Below are positions 10,366-21,371 of a DNA stretch of 64,000 nt, piece after piece. The position numbers and the translations under genes were made by a program. The stretch spans positions 170,198 to 234,197 of the forward strand of contig JAPLLW010000007.1 of the NCBI GenBank assembly GCA_026387355.1, read 5' to 3'. Below the pieces are notes generated by a model. That model was not told where the DNA came from and made no database searches. It was given only the letters and a program-made list of their open reading frames with translations. Position 1 is the first letter of the stretch. Every line of letters starts with the position of its first letter. Origin of the DNA: Candidatus Omnitrophota bacterium. GTDB lineage: Bacteria; Omnitrophota; Gorgyraeia; Gygaellales; Profunditerraquicolaceae.

Positions 10366-11232
10366 TTATCGATTCCAATAGCTTCCGAATTCTTTATCCC
10401 AAAAAGAAGGGTCAAACTTTCCTAAACCAGCTTCTGGATAATTAGTCAATTCCCCAAAAATAATCCGACCATTGATATTATATAAATCGACTCTTATAAA
10501 ATCTGTACCTTTTGATAATCTTTTAGCTATCTCTATCATTTTGTCAAAATTCTTAGGAACACTAACTTTGTCTTGGAAGTTCTCGTAACAAAACCTTACA
10601 GGAAGTAAAGACAAACTTAAATCATAGATATTACGTTGATGTTTAATAAATCTACCTCTGTCAATCTGAATAAATTGTGGGTTACCGTTAAAACAAAAGA
10701 ATTTATAATCATCGGGAAGATTGCCTTCAAAATCAAGCAATTCTTCGAAAATAATGCATGGTTTTATATTTTTGTAACACCATTCCTGATGAGAGCGGTG
10801 CCAATTTTCATTTAGATGGACTTCTGCAAATCTCTCTAATTCACCGCATTCGAGACCTTTAAAATCACGTACTATTTTCACGCCACCGGATAAATGGTTA
10901 ACTTTCATTACAAATTGATTAGGTAAATTAAGACTGTGTATTTTATCTAGAGTATCAACAACCGCATATAATTTTGTCAGGTGCTGTTCCGTATCCTCTA
11001 GTCTTGATTTAACAAAATCCCTGACGAGGAATTTATCTGCAAATAATGTAAGCTTAGGATTTCTATCAAAAAGCATTTTGAGTAATATTTTTTCATTAAG
11101 AGTTTGTGGGTTTATTAGATTTGGCATTCGTCCAAATATGCGTCTATATTTAATTATACACTTTAATTCTGGAAAGACCTTATAAGAAACCGATAGGAAT
11201 GGTTTTCCAATAAACTTTAGTATTTTATTCAA
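10366..11232 (-). CDS. TupA-like ATP-grasp protein (polysaccharide-associated)
   Basis: 'LINPQTLNEKILLKML' N-terminal signature recalled for the TupA-like ATP-grasp family (PF14305-like). Lies in a polysaccharide cluster. Confidence 0.45.
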   Translation of the reverse strand: MNKILKFIGKPFLSVSYKVFPELKCIIKYRRIFGRMPNLINPQTLNEKILLKMLFDRNPKLTLFADKFLVRDFVKSRLEDTEQHLTKLYAVVDTLDKIHSLNLPNQFVMKVNHLSGGVKIVRDFKGLECGELERFAEVHLNENWHRSHQEWCYKNIKPCIIFEELLDFEGNLPDDYKFFCFNGNPQFIQIDRGRFIKHQRNIYDLSLSLLPVRFCYENFQDKVSVPKNFDKMIEIAKRLSKGTDFIRVDLYNINGRIIFGELTNYPEAGLGKFDPSFWDKEFGSYWNR

Positions 11233-11406
11233 ACTATATTACCCTTCTTTAGTGACCTTATTGTTAATAGAAAAACCTCTGTTTTTAATACTCGAAAGGG
11301 CTTAAGCAACCGATTACTGAATGTGTTTTCTTGCGTTTATAAAAATTCCAATAAGCACAAAAATGGTCTAACTTATTGAACCAACAAACCATTAAAGTTA
11401 ACCATT

Positions 11407-12165
11407 CTAGCGTTCTTCTACCTTCCCGTTATCCTCATCGTACATTCTTACATATTCTCTTTCAATCGTGATGTATTTATTATAGAGCTCTCTCTTATTC
11501 ATCCATTTTAACATTCCTAAACGATAAGCGGCAACGCTAGGTACAATTTGGTTACGATGCCCTTTTACTCTCGGGTCTGCCGAAACGCTAATCGGATACC
11601 CATGAATACCGCTCCATTTCGCGCCATAAAAAGTTATTCCATCAGTAGCTTTTTCTTTCCAAAAATAAACTAAATCTAGACTCTTCTTCTTACGAAAATC
11701 TAAACCCAAAACCGCACCCCAACAGCTCTTTAAAGAAAACGACTTTTTGCGAGTTAACCCAAGTGCTTCTAATGCGACATCGGAACAGTACTTCCCCACA
11801 TCACAATCCGCATTTATAATTAGATACCCGCGTTTCTCAATGATCCGGAATAATGGTTCGGGCGAAATTTTAAAATTTGCCGCAGAATCTACCCATAAAA
11901 CTAAATCGTACCCACGCTTATAAGCATCCAGAAAGCAAAATGGCTTCACCCAGTCGTTAACCTCTTTAAATACGGGTGCGCCCTCAGGATAATCATTATC
12001 CCAACCTATAAAATCGCCTTTAAAACCTAGTTCCTTTAATCTTTCTCGAATTCGTCTAATCCCCCGGGGGAAGTCTTGCCAAATCTTAGGAGGACAGCCT
12101 GGACGAGACTTACTATTTATGCCAAGGCTTATAACGCATTTCTTTAAGGCTTTTTTTAAAAACAT
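11407..12165 (-). CDS. hypothetical protein, possibly a nucleotide-diphospho-sugar transferase fold
   Basis: 252-aa ORF with good coding periodicity. No motif I can name with confidence ('LVLWVDSAANF' could be a DxD-like region). Confidence 0.35.
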   Translation of the reverse strand: MFLKKALKKCVISLGINSKSRPGCPPKIWQDFPRGIRRIRERLKELGFKGDFIGWDNDYPEGAPVFKEVNDWVKPFCFLDAYKRGYDLVLWVDSAANFKISPEPLFRIIEKRGYLIINADCDVGKYCSDVALEALGLTRKKSFSLKSCWGAVLGLDFRKKKSLDLVYFWKEKATDGITFYGAKWSGIHGYPISVSADPRVKGHRNQIVPSVAAYRLGMLKWMNKRELYNKYITIEREYVRMYDEDNGKVEER

Positions 12166-12614
12166 GAATATCCTCGCTTAAATCCCAAAAATAATGTATC
12201 TCTCACAAAACAAAATCAACCTAGATATATCACAATTTGTTTAAAACCGGCCTACCTTAACTATGCAATCCTAATATAGATATTATCATGCCCACCAAAA
12301 AGAAATTTAAAGTAAAATACATGTAAATTTAATAACTTTTTTCGTATAATCTTGTTTAGGATTTTCAAGGCAAATGCAATATCTGGCTTCTTTCCCAAGG
12401 GATTAACCTGCCGTAAGAACTATTAAAATCAAAATTATACTGCTCCATATTAACAAAAAATAATCTAACTTAAAAACTTCTGACTAACGGAATCTTACGC
12501 TTTTACCCATAACTTCAAAAATTGTCTCTTAAATCACATTTCATGAAATCTTCAATCACCTTCTATTTATAGTTAATAAGCCAGGCTTTTTAGTTAAATA
12601 AAAGCTATTCTGTT

Positions 12615-13352
12615 TCAGTTTTTGTCATATTTCATTCTTGCGGCAGGTACAAGAAACGTGAATACTAAACTATGCAATGCTATCCATACACACACAATTG
12701 GAATAATTTTATCAACAATATAAAATAGAGGCGAAATAAAAAATATAAGAACAAGCATTTCGTTCATATCGACAGGGGGGAAGTACAAACCAATACTTTT
12801 TAACTTTGTTTTAAACTTATCTATAATACCTAAAAAGAAACTGTTATTACAAAACAAAAGAACATTGTTAGAATTTTTTTTCTCTCTATATAAAAAAATA
12901 ACCGGTACTAAATTAAGTAGAAAAATTGAAATAAAGATAAACATAAATATGAAAATACTACTTTGACCCATATCTCTATGCCATGAAAAAGACAAAGCAA
13001 ACCCAAGAATAATCATTAATGTTCTATCCAACGTCAGATCTAACCAGGCCCCAAAAAGAGTTAAACAATTTCTTACCCGAGCCAATTGCCCATCAATACA
13101 GTCTAATATGTATGAAACCAGATAAAATATCGCGCCTACAACATAATAAAGGTGGCCTCCCAGATAGAAAAATAAAGCTGCACACAAGCCTGTTCCAAAA
13201 GATAACCATGTCACTGTATTAGCTGATACATTTGTGTAGCAATAAAGAAGGTAACTTACTCTCGTGGCCAAAAGATTACCAACATATTTGCCCCAAATTG
13301 ATGTTGGTGTTTTCTGACACTTTTTTTTGAATTCCTCAAATTCCATCATCAT
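12615..13352 (-). CDS. CDP-alcohol phosphatidyltransferase family membrane protein
   Basis: 'DCIDGQLARVRNCLTLFGAWLDLTLDR' matches D-G-x2-A-R-x8-G-x3-D-x3-D. Multi-TM. Confidence 0.65.
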   Translation of the reverse strand: MMMEFEEFKKKCQKTPTSIWGKYVGNLLATRVSYLLYCYTNVSANTVTWLSFGTGLCAALFFYLGGHLYYVVGAIFYLVSYILDCIDGQLARVRNCLTLFGAWLDLTLDRTLMIILGFALSFSWHRDMGQSSIFIFMFIFISIFLLNLVPVIFLYREKKNSNNVLLFCNNSFFLGIIDKFKTKLKSIGLYFPPVDMNEMLVLIFFISPLFYIVDKIIPIVCVWIALHSLVFTFLVPAARMKYDKN

Positions 13353-13495
13353 TTTTTATGTAACTCCATATATTAAGCTAAGTCTCTACGCATTCTAACT
13401 GCTATTGTATTAAAAACATGGCTTCCTAAATAACCCATATAGCCGGTTCAAACCTTAAAAACCATTCAACTAATAAGAAACATTACAAAAATGTC

Positions 13496-14377
13496 TTAAT
13501 AGTGCTTAAATAATACTTCCCAAAGTTTTGTTTCTTTTTTTACAGTAAATTTTTGCGCTTTAACAAGCCAATTTTCACCTATTAATAACTCTAGGCCCAA
13601 AAAGTAACATACCTTCCTTACAATTGAGGGAAAAACATACGTGTTGTATGGTGGATATTCAAAGAATTCTCCTAATCTCTTTTTTTTGACCTCTAGATAT
13701 TTAAAATTATTGAAAAGTTCTCTAACTTGTTTATTACTATAGATATCTGTCTTGGGTGAATTGCCATGTACTTCTGAAATTTCGTTATATACTTTTTTCC
13801 AATCAAAACTATTAGCCAACCACCGTCCGCGAAATAATCCTTGGAATAAACATCTTTTTATATAATGCTTCCACCCCCTAGCGTAAACCATTACTATGGC
13901 TTTGCCATCTTTTTTTAAAACACGGTAGATTTCATTTACGGCCTTTTTTGTATCAGGTGTATGATGCAGCACGCCAAAAGAATAAACTAGGTCAAAAGAT
14001 TCGTCATCAAATGGAAGGGACTCTGCGTTACCCTCTTGAATTGTTTCATATGGTAACCCTCTCAATTTAAAGTTTATTTTTGTTAACATAACTTGGTCTG
14101 GACCAAGGTCAACTCCACTGACATTAGCTCCGTATTTAGCATATTCGATTAAATCGGTACCGATTCCACATCCTACTTCTAACACCTTCTCGTTTCCATG
14201 ATAAGCGAATTCGGCCCCTTCTACTAGATATGTATAATAAAGTTTATAGCGCTTGTAAGATATTTCATTAAACCATTGAAGAGTATAAGGCTCTCTTTCA
14301 GAATACCATTGCTGAGGTACGTTTTTGCCCTTCCAGTAATCTTTAACCTCTTCTAGCTGCGTTTTTTCTTTATTCAT
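13496..14377 (-). CDS. class I SAM-dependent methyltransferase
   Basis: 'VLEVGCGIGTDLIEYAKYGANVSGVDL' motif I and post-I. Confidence 0.7.
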   Translation of the reverse strand: MNKEKTQLEEVKDYWKGKNVPQQWYSEREPYTLQWFNEISYKRYKLYYTYLVEGAEFAYHGNEKVLEVGCGIGTDLIEYAKYGANVSGVDLGPDQVMLTKINFKLRGLPYETIQEGNAESLPFDDESFDLVYSFGVLHHTPDTKKAVNEIYRVLKKDGKAIVMVYARGWKHYIKRCLFQGLFRGRWLANSFDWKKVYNEISEVHGNSPKTDIYSNKQVRELFNNFKYLEVKKKRLGEFFEYPPYNTYVFPSIVRKVCYFLGLELLIGENWLVKAQKFTVKKETKLWEVLFKHY

Positions 14378-14446
14378 TTTTATGGCCTTCCTCCTCGCAT
14401 AACCCCAAAAATAATAAACTTTAATAAACTTCCAACTGGACTTTAA

Positions 14447-16360
14447 TTAGAAATATCTTCTCATCCATATCTCTAGGTTCATAAGCATCCAGATTTTTTT
14501 ACCATCGTAATCATATTTGGACGTATAGTTATCCTTGTAAAGAAATTTCTTAAGATTATCTTTATTAATAAAATCACCGGTTTTGGAGTCAGGATCAATT
14601 AACAATTCGATAGCTGCTACCTTAAATTCTTTATTAAACCAGCTATTTAACGGAACAGGAAAGCCCATTTTTTTTCGCCTAATAATCTCTTTAGGAATTT
14701 TTCCTTCTGCCAATCGCTTCAAGATATATTTTGGCGTATCATATTTTTCACTTATCTGCTCGCTATCCGAGAATAATGCTTTAATAAAAGGTAACACCCC
14801 ATTCCATCTTAACTTATACTGTAACGGCATTCTCGATACCATCTCAACCAACTCAAAGTCCAGAAAAGGAACCCTGGCCTCCACTGAAGCTGCCATAGTC
14901 ATCCTGTCCAAACGGTTAAGGAGATTCACTAGATGAATTTTACCTAGGATATAATACATCGCGCGATAGTAATTATTATTTCCGGTTTTGTTAAATAACT
15001 CTTTTATATATGAAATAGAGTACTCATCGAAATAGCGATTTTCAAAAAAATCTAAGTTTAGTAAATTATTCTTATCGTCCTCTGTGAACCATGAATAGCG
15101 CCATAAAAAATGCTCCATAGGAGAAAAGAATTGTTTGGAAGCTTGCGCTTTGAAGATAGGGCTTAGCATACAAGATAACCCCGGAACTGAATTTATTTTT
15201 CTTTGCTTATAATAATCAAACGGGCTCCGAAATATACGTCCATATCCTGCGAATAATTCATCAGCCCCTTCACCCGAAAGAACCACCGTTATATTCTTTT
15301 TCATTAAGCGTGACATCTTCAAAAAAGCCAGCTCATGTGGCACAGAAAGAGGTTCTCCACGGTAAGAAATGGCATCCTCCATACCTGCCTTATACTCTTG
15401 CTCATCTAACAATAACTTAATAGGATTAATACCTAAAGACGAAGTCATTAATTCGGCGTATGAAAACTCGTTATAATCTTCATCTCTAAAACCCGTGATA
15501 TATGTTTTAATATCTTCCTTTTTCTTCGCTAAATAATATAAAAGCATGCTTGAGTCTAATCCTCCACTAATAAATGCGCCCAAAGGAACGTCGCTCATCA
15601 GCTGTCTTTCAATAACCGAAGATAGCTTCTTATCTAATTTATCAAGATAATAACTTTCTCCCCGGTCTTTCTCTTCATCAACCGGAATATCCCAATAACA
15701 TTCTCGACTCTCCCCTTCAACAGAAAATACGTTACTCTGCCCAGGCAGAACATCCTTGATATGCTTATAAAAGGTCTGCTCACCTATTACACAACGAAAT
15801 GAAAGATAACTCAAAATAGCATTTGGATTTTGTTCCAACTTTACCCTGCTTTGCTTATGGAATGCATTATAGTCAGAACCGAAATATATCCTATCTTTAA
15901 CTACCATATAATGCATAGGCTTAACGCCCAAATGATCCCTGACTAAAAACAACTTCTTTTTTCTCTCATCCCAAAGAGCAATTGAAAATATCCCGTTTAA
16001 TTTACCCCATAGCGCACTTCCAAATTCTTCATAGCCGTGAAGTATAACTTCGGAATCAGTCTTAGTTTTAAAGACATGCTTTTTTGCCAAAAGAAATGAG
16101 CGTAGTTCCAAATAATTGTATATTTCACCGTTGCATACCATAATAACATTATCATTTTCATTAACATAGGGTTGGCTAGGAGCGGATAAATCAATTATAC
16201 TCAAACGATCAAAAGCCAAACATAAGTGTGGTCGTGCTAAAAAAGAGGAGTCATCTGGCCCGCGATAGTTAATTGCAAGCGCACCCTCACAAACTTCTTT
16301 ATAATCAATCTGGGTAATGTTACCCGAAAAATCCACAAAACCAAAAAATCCACACATCAT
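14447..16360 (-). CDS. asparagine synthase (glutamine-hydrolysing)-family amidotransferase (AsnB/WbpS-like)
   Basis: N-terminal 'MCGFFGF' Ntn-Cys amidotransferase start and 'SGGLDSS' PP-loop. 637 aa. Its position in the glycan cluster suggests sugar-acid amidation rather than Asn synthesis. Confidence 0.85.
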   Translation of the reverse strand: MMCGFFGFVDFSGNITQIDYKEVCEGALAINYRGPDDSSFLARPHLCLAFDRLSIIDLSAPSQPYVNENDNVIMVCNGEIYNYLELRSFLLAKKHVFKTKTDSEVILHGYEEFGSALWGKLNGIFSIALWDERKKKLFLVRDHLGVKPMHYMVVKDRIYFGSDYNAFHKQSRVKLEQNPNAILSYLSFRCVIGEQTFYKHIKDVLPGQSNVFSVEGESRECYWDIPVDEEKDRGESYYLDKLDKKLSSVIERQLMSDVPLGAFISGGLDSSMLLYYLAKKKEDIKTYITGFRDEDYNEFSYAELMTSSLGINPIKLLLDEQEYKAGMEDAISYRGEPLSVPHELAFLKMSRLMKKNITVVLSGEGADELFAGYGRIFRSPFDYYKQRKINSVPGLSCMLSPIFKAQASKQFFSPMEHFLWRYSWFTEDDKNNLLNLDFFENRYFDEYSISYIKELFNKTGNNNYYRAMYYILGKIHLVNLLNRLDRMTMAASVEARVPFLDFELVEMVSRMPLQYKLRWNGVLPFIKALFSDSEQISEKYDTPKYILKRLAEGKIPKEIIRRKKMGFPVPLNSWFNKEFKVAAIELLIDPDSKTGDFINKDNLKKFLYKDNYTSKYDYDGKKIWMLMNLEIWMRRYF

Positions 16361-17109
16361 TCACGCTCAATTCGCTGTAAGATCTTATTTGCCATTTTTA
16401 AATCAACTAGGTTGTCAACATCAACCCAGCTATGGGCATAGTTATACTTGGCTTTAATTCTGACTCTCTTCCCAAGAATGTTGATTGCTTCGGAAACCCA
16501 GTTTTTCTTTACTCCTTTTTTAACAAGCTTATCGATTATACCAAATAATCTATTAGCACCTATTGCATTAAACTTATATATACCAATCGCTGTGCCATCC
16601 GATTCACTCATAGTAATGGATTTGCTCATATATTCGATTTCCCCGCGATGGCAAATCACTTTCATTGCATCATCCCAATCCTTCGGAAAGTTTTTGTCTA
16701 CAATCGCGCAATTGCCGTGCTGAAACAACAAGAAATCTTCCAGCATCTTTGGGCTAAATATAAGATCACCATGAAGATAAACAAACTTGCAATTTAATAG
16801 CCTTCTCGCAAGCCACAGTGAAAATAACGTATTTGTTTCTCTGTATAGCTTATTTTCAATAAAAGTAATTTTTGCCACTTTCTTGCTACATATGCTTAGT
16901 ATTAAAGATTTAAGCTGCTTTCTTTTGTACCCCACAATGAAGATAATATCCCTTATCCCTGCCGCGATAAGCACATCCACCATCATCTCAAAGATATATT
17001 TCCCGTCAATTTTAATCATTGACTTAGGAATATCCATAACTTCCCGTATTCGAGAACCTATGCCGGCAGCCAAGATCACTGCTTTATAGTTTTCATTTTT
17101 GTTCTTCAA
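16357..17109 (-). CDS. sugar-phosphate or phospho-alcohol nucleotidyltransferase (LicC/GlmU-N-like)
   Basis: 'KAVILAAGIGSRIR' G-x-G-x-R nucleotidyltransferase motif. Its stop overlaps the asnB-like start (ATGA). Confidence 0.7.
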   Translation of the reverse strand: MKNKNENYKAVILAAGIGSRIREVMDIPKSMIKIDGKYIFEMMVDVLIAAGIRDIIFIVGYKRKQLKSLILSICSKKVAKITFIENKLYRETNTLFSLWLARRLLNCKFVYLHGDLIFSPKMLEDFLLFQHGNCAIVDKNFPKDWDDAMKVICHRGEIEYMSKSITMSESDGTAIGIYKFNAIGANRLFGIIDKLVKKGVKKNWVSEAINILGKRVRIKAKYNYAHSWVDVDNLVDLKMANKILQRIERE

Positions 17110-17728
17110 TTTTCACCCTTTTTCTTTCTTTATAATAAAAAGGCAGATTTTTCATAGATATTCTTGTTTTGTTATTCGTAGTTATATAGTCATCAATTCC
17201 GCAATACAAAAGTGGTGCTACTTTAGCGGTATTTATTAAACCGGCATTATCAAATACCCCCGCATCAAAATCAATAAGCGCCACCTTTCCGATAAAAAAC
17301 GTATGATCTCCAAACATGTATTTCCCAGTTTTAATGCATTCGAACGTACAATACGACAAGTTCAGAATCGGAGAGTCGACCTTTTGAGCGTTTGAATATT
17401 TTATACGAAACTTCTTTACCTTATCAATTTCCGCACCGGTACTTCTACCCAATGAACGCACAAGATGTACATGACTATAACTTACAAAATTAACAGTAAA
17501 AGACTTAGACCGGCTTATCATTTTATGAGAGTGCCTGTCGTTCCCGATAGCAACACCATATATAAATGGCGCGTAGGATAAAGCCGTACTCCATGCTACT
17601 GGCATAAAATTAACTTTCCCTTTATGTTTTAGCCCAATTACAACCAGGAGTTGTGGATAATAAAAAAAATATTTCGACCACAATTTTGGGGTAATTACTA
17701 TCCTGCTACTCCTTCTATACAAAGTCAT
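17093..17728 (-). CDS. flavin reductase-like domain protein
   Basis: 'VNFMPVAWSTALSYAPFIYGVAIG' resembles the flavin reductase-like FMN-binding domain (PF01613-type). Confidence 0.5.
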   Translation of the reverse strand: MTLYRRSSRIVITPKLWSKYFFYYPQLLVVIGLKHKGKVNFMPVAWSTALSYAPFIYGVAIGNDRHSHKMISRSKSFTVNFVSYSHVHLVRSLGRSTGAEIDKVKKFRIKYSNAQKVDSPILNLSYCTFECIKTGKYMFGDHTFFIGKVALIDFDAGVFDNAGLINTAKVAPLLYCGIDDYITTNNKTRISMKNLPFYYKERKRVKIEEQK

Positions 17729-17938
17729 TTTTGATTTTCCATGTTTATCTTATTATAATCTTCAATCATTGTCATCTCCACTCAAATCTTTATTATTGGC
17801 GTTTTACCAACTAACTTTAAAACTTTAGAAATTAGCTTATTTAGCTTTGTTACTTTTTTTAAAACTCACTAGGATGTACTATTTAAATTTGGTTTAATAT
17901 TTTTAAATACCCAAAGGCTTTTATATCATTCGAACTTA

Positions 17939-18859
17939 CTAATTATACCATTTTCTGATAAATCTATTTAATCCCACCAATAACCTGTTTCTCAATGAAA
18001 AGGTACCTGAATATCTTATTAACTCAGTATATTTATCAGCTTTATAGTTTTGAATAACAGACGGCGGATGAGAAAGAGGAAATACCATCGGCTGAATTTT
18101 CACATTAGCAAACCTACTACTTGAATCCTTCGTATGCGTTGCATCTTCAGTAAAACCTATATTCGAAACCAAATTAACATTAGGTAAAATTGCTAAACTA
18201 TTCTGTAGCCAACAAGCAAATGTCCACTGAGCGTCCCAGCCGTCAATTTTATTTTGATAAACTTGGTCAAAAACGTTAATCCAGTATTTCTCCGCTTTTG
18301 CATCTTTTAATATTTCCGATAACCACTTTCTATTCTTCATTTCTGGCCATAGAGACATATTCACGTCAAAGAATTGCCATGCTCGTCTCCAAGTTGCCCA
18401 TCCCCAGGTATGTCTGTAACGCGAAAAGTAGTAGCTATATTTTATCCTTAACCTACCAAACTGATGATTACAGCCACTGATTGACATAATGCGTTTATCC
18501 TGCCTGTAAAACTCCAACAGTTCTTCACAAAAACGAAAAAAAGTCTGCTGACAAAAACAATCGTCCTCTAAAATTATACCCTCTTCCACATTATCGAAAA
18601 ACCAGTTAATAGCATGGCTCGGGCCAAGTTTGCATCCTAAATGATCATTACTGATTAATGTTGATATTTCGCAATCCCAATCCACCTGGTTAATTACATC
18701 TCGGGCATCGTTACACTTTCTATAATCATCGGCCTTAACCTCATTTGGACCATCAGCAGCAATAAATAATTTTTCGGGCCTTGCCTTACGTATCGCATCA
18801 AAAACAAATCGAGTAAGTTGCGGACGATTATAAATTAAAAATAAAACAGGAATTTTCAT
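17939..18859 (-). CDS. HlpA-like nucleotide-diphospho-sugar transferase
   Basis: N-terminal 'MKIPVLFLIYNRPQLTRFVFDAIRKARPEKLFIAADGP' matches the start pattern of hemolytic protein HlpA-like glycosyltransferases, recalled from memory. Confidence 0.45.
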   Translation of the reverse strand: MKIPVLFLIYNRPQLTRFVFDAIRKARPEKLFIAADGPNEVKADDYRKCNDARDVINQVDWDCEISTLISNDHLGCKLGPSHAINWFFDNVEEGIILEDDCFCQQTFFRFCEELLEFYRQDKRIMSISGCNHQFGRLRIKYSYYFSRYRHTWGWATWRRAWQFFDVNMSLWPEMKNRKWLSEILKDAKAEKYWINVFDQVYQNKIDGWDAQWTFACWLQNSLAILPNVNLVSNIGFTEDATHTKDSSSRFANVKIQPMVFPLSHPPSVIQNYKADKYTELIRYSGTFSLRNRLLVGLNRFIRKWYN

Positions 18860-18920
18860 ATTATAACAACCCCTATAGCACTGATTTAATCGTAAATAGT
18901 ATTTTTCTAATTATACTTGA

Positions 18921-19865
18921 CTAAAACAACCTCTTGAAAAAGATAAGTATCTTCACGATATTAGTTAGTATGTTCTCTTTTACATAACGCTGCCACAAAG
19001 TTCTATGCGGCCTAAAGGTATCAAGAACAATAACTAACAATAATCCCGGTATTTTAATAAACAAGAAAAATAATGACCGCACTAAGCTCAATGAAGATCT
19101 CAACCTGGAATTCTTAGAAGGATTCCATAATCTAGTGCTTATTTCTTTAGTGTAAGCTGACTTAAACTGCCAGGAGATAGTCATCTTTTCCGGCCTTACG
19201 CTATGCAAAACCGCAGCATCCGGCAAATACTGAACTTTCAAATCAGGCATGACTTCCCGGGCGCGTTGTAATAATTCAGAATCATCTCCCCACCTAAGCC
19301 TATAGGCAGTCATAGCTAAATCTTCACGGAAACCACCTAAGAACTTAATTAAATATCGGCGAACAATAAAATTCATCCCGCCTAAGTATTCCCCGGCAGA
19401 GAGAACCCTCGGCTTATCGCCATACATGTATACGGAACCATAGCTCTCCCTGAACCAATATGGTCTTTCTGTTTTAAATAACGCCAGACTTGGCCCACCG
19501 CAGAAATCCGGGTTATATTCTCTGCATCCGTTTATTACTGCACTTAACCATGAGGTTGTTAATTCCACATCGTCATCAAGATAGGCGAGGTATTCTCCAC
19601 GCGCAACCTCAGCGCCTAGATTACGCGCACGGCTTAAGTTAGGGATTGGCAGAAAGAAATACCTTAATGGTAATTTTGCGGCGTACTCCTTTAAAATAAC
19701 AGCTACTCCGGGAAATGCAACGTTGTCATTCTCCACAACAACTACTTCCCATCCTTCTTTACAATTCCAATCCTGTTGAGTTAAGCTCTTAAGCGCCTGA
19801 CTAAGGTATCCTGGCCTGCGAAAAGTACAGATAACTACACTAAGAAAGATTCCGTTTGTTTCCAT
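18921..19865 (-). CDS. glycosyltransferase family 2
   Basis: 'LSVVICTFRRPGYLSQALKSL' and a 'DDD' region. C-terminal hydrophobic segment. Confidence 0.7.
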   Translation of the reverse strand: METNGIFLSVVICTFRRPGYLSQALKSLTQQDWNCKEGWEVVVVENDNVAFPGVAVILKEYAAKLPLRYFFLPIPNLSRARNLGAEVARGEYLAYLDDDVELTTSWLSAVINGCREYNPDFCGGPSLALFKTERPYWFRESYGSVYMYGDKPRVLSAGEYLGGMNFIVRRYLIKFLGGFREDLAMTAYRLRWGDDSELLQRAREVMPDLKVQYLPDAAVLHSVRPEKMTISWQFKSAYTKEISTRLWNPSKNSRLRSSLSLVRSLFFLFIKIPGLLLVIVLDTFRPHRTLWQRYVKENILTNIVKILIFFKRLF

Positions 19866-19998
19866 TAATTTATATTACTCCTAACAATAAATGAGTGACA
19901 ATATATCTATCCATTTAAAATAACGAAAAACAGCTATTGAACCCTTCTTTAACAAATCTTCGCTTAATCAACTAACCAAATACATAAAACACTAATTT

Positions 19999-21333
19999 TT
20001 AACCTTCCGCCCAATAGTAGATAGCTACAGCCAACGTTACCCATGGCAAAACAAACCCACCCGTACCATTTGTCATATTTAAGAAAATCGTAATAACTCC
20101 GAAAAATAAACCTAGGTTACGTCTATGAAATTCCAATAAGGTATCCGGTACTTCAAGTTTCTTAGTTTCACCTTGACGTATTTTTTTAGATTTAAAAACT
20201 GGAATAATGCCCAAAATAAGAAGTAGCGTTACGCAGATGCCTGCAGGAATACCATAAATCGCAGCAATATACAACATTAGCTGATGCGGCAAAGATCCTG
20301 GATAAGCCTGCACAGTTAGCTCATAATCGCCATACCCTAATATCGGCCTGACAAATATATCCTGATTAAACTTTTCAATAGCTACGACTCTACTTTCTAT
20401 ACTTTTATCACCAGTAGCTATTTCACTAAAACGGTCAATAATTGGCCCGAGGGGCTCGTAGGAAATTTTTGACAATATGCTTGAAGTTATAATTAGATAA
20501 ATTACGACAAGTGTAATTAATGATATTCCGATCTTTATCCACGCCTTTAAACGGAAAAAAATCGCAAAATAACCAAAGATAATCCCCATTAAAACGCCGC
20601 GTGTTGCAGAAATAAGTTGCAGCCAGATACAAATAACAAGGAATATAGCGCCAGCAATTCGCCAAGCTATTTGTTTGCCAACTTTAATAATATATATACA
20701 TAAAGCTAATCCTATTGCACTATAAAAACTCAATATAATAGTATTGTAAAATTGAGCAGATACTCTAGATCCATAAAGCATGTAACTATCCTGGCCAAAA
20801 AAATAATCCGATTTAAAACTTGCAGTATAATTTACCCCTTGCAAGACACTTAAAAAACTGTCTGGAATAATAATAATCAAAGCTCCTAGAGTGATTTGTA
20901 AAAATAAATAGAAGACAAACAATCGACGAGCAAAATTTTCTCTATAATAAGCAAGTGCTATTATCATTGCGTAAGGACCAAAAAACTGTATAGTGTTAAG
21001 TAAAATTAAGTATGAAGAAAAATTGAAATAGATGGAAGATATATAAATCCACATCATATAAAATACTGCAATTAAACCGGCAATAAATAACCTATGATTC
21101 ATCTTAGATAAATTCCGTTCTTTCCATAATCGAGAAAATGAAGTCAGGGCGCTAACGATAAAAAAAGAAGCGGCTATCCTATACGTTAAAGAAAAATTAA
21201 GCGCTCCTGCAATTCCAGTTGATTCTACGGGATCAACAAGCAAATACAAAAATAAGAACAACGGAGGGTAGATTTTCTGGCGAAACACCGACAATAAAAT
21301 AACTAGCCCTAAGACTAAATAATCTCCAGACAT
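19999..21333 (-). CDS. O-antigen polymerase/ligase-like polytopic membrane protein (Wzy-like)
   Basis: 444 aa with about 10-12 TM helices and a large periplasmic-loop candidate. Positioned next to the ABC exporter and glycosyltransferases. Confidence 0.5.
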   Translation of the reverse strand: MSGDYLVLGLVILLSVFRQKIYPPLFLFLYLLVDPVESTGIAGALNFSLTYRIAASFFIVSALTSFSRLWKERNLSKMNHRLFIAGLIAVFYMMWIYISSIYFNFSSYLILLNTIQFFGPYAMIIALAYYRENFARRLFVFYLFLQITLGALIIIIPDSFLSVLQGVNYTASFKSDYFFGQDSYMLYGSRVSAQFYNTIILSFYSAIGLALCIYIIKVGKQIAWRIAGAIFLVICIWLQLISATRGVLMGIIFGYFAIFFRLKAWIKIGISLITLVVIYLIITSSILSKISYEPLGPIIDRFSEIATGDKSIESRVVAIEKFNQDIFVRPILGYGDYELTVQAYPGSLPHQLMLYIAAIYGIPAGICVTLLLILGIIPVFKSKKIRQGETKKLEVPDTLLEFHRRNLGLFFGVITIFLNMTNGTGGFVLPWVTLAVAIYYWAEG

Positions 21334-21371
21334 ACTAACCTTTCTTAAAACCTAGCTCAGATAAAAACATA

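Noticed and set aside
13436-13470. tRNA T-arm-like 'CCGGTTCAAACC'
   Set aside because: No acceptor stem, D-arm or anticodon-stem complementarity. It lies in an intergenic promoter region.
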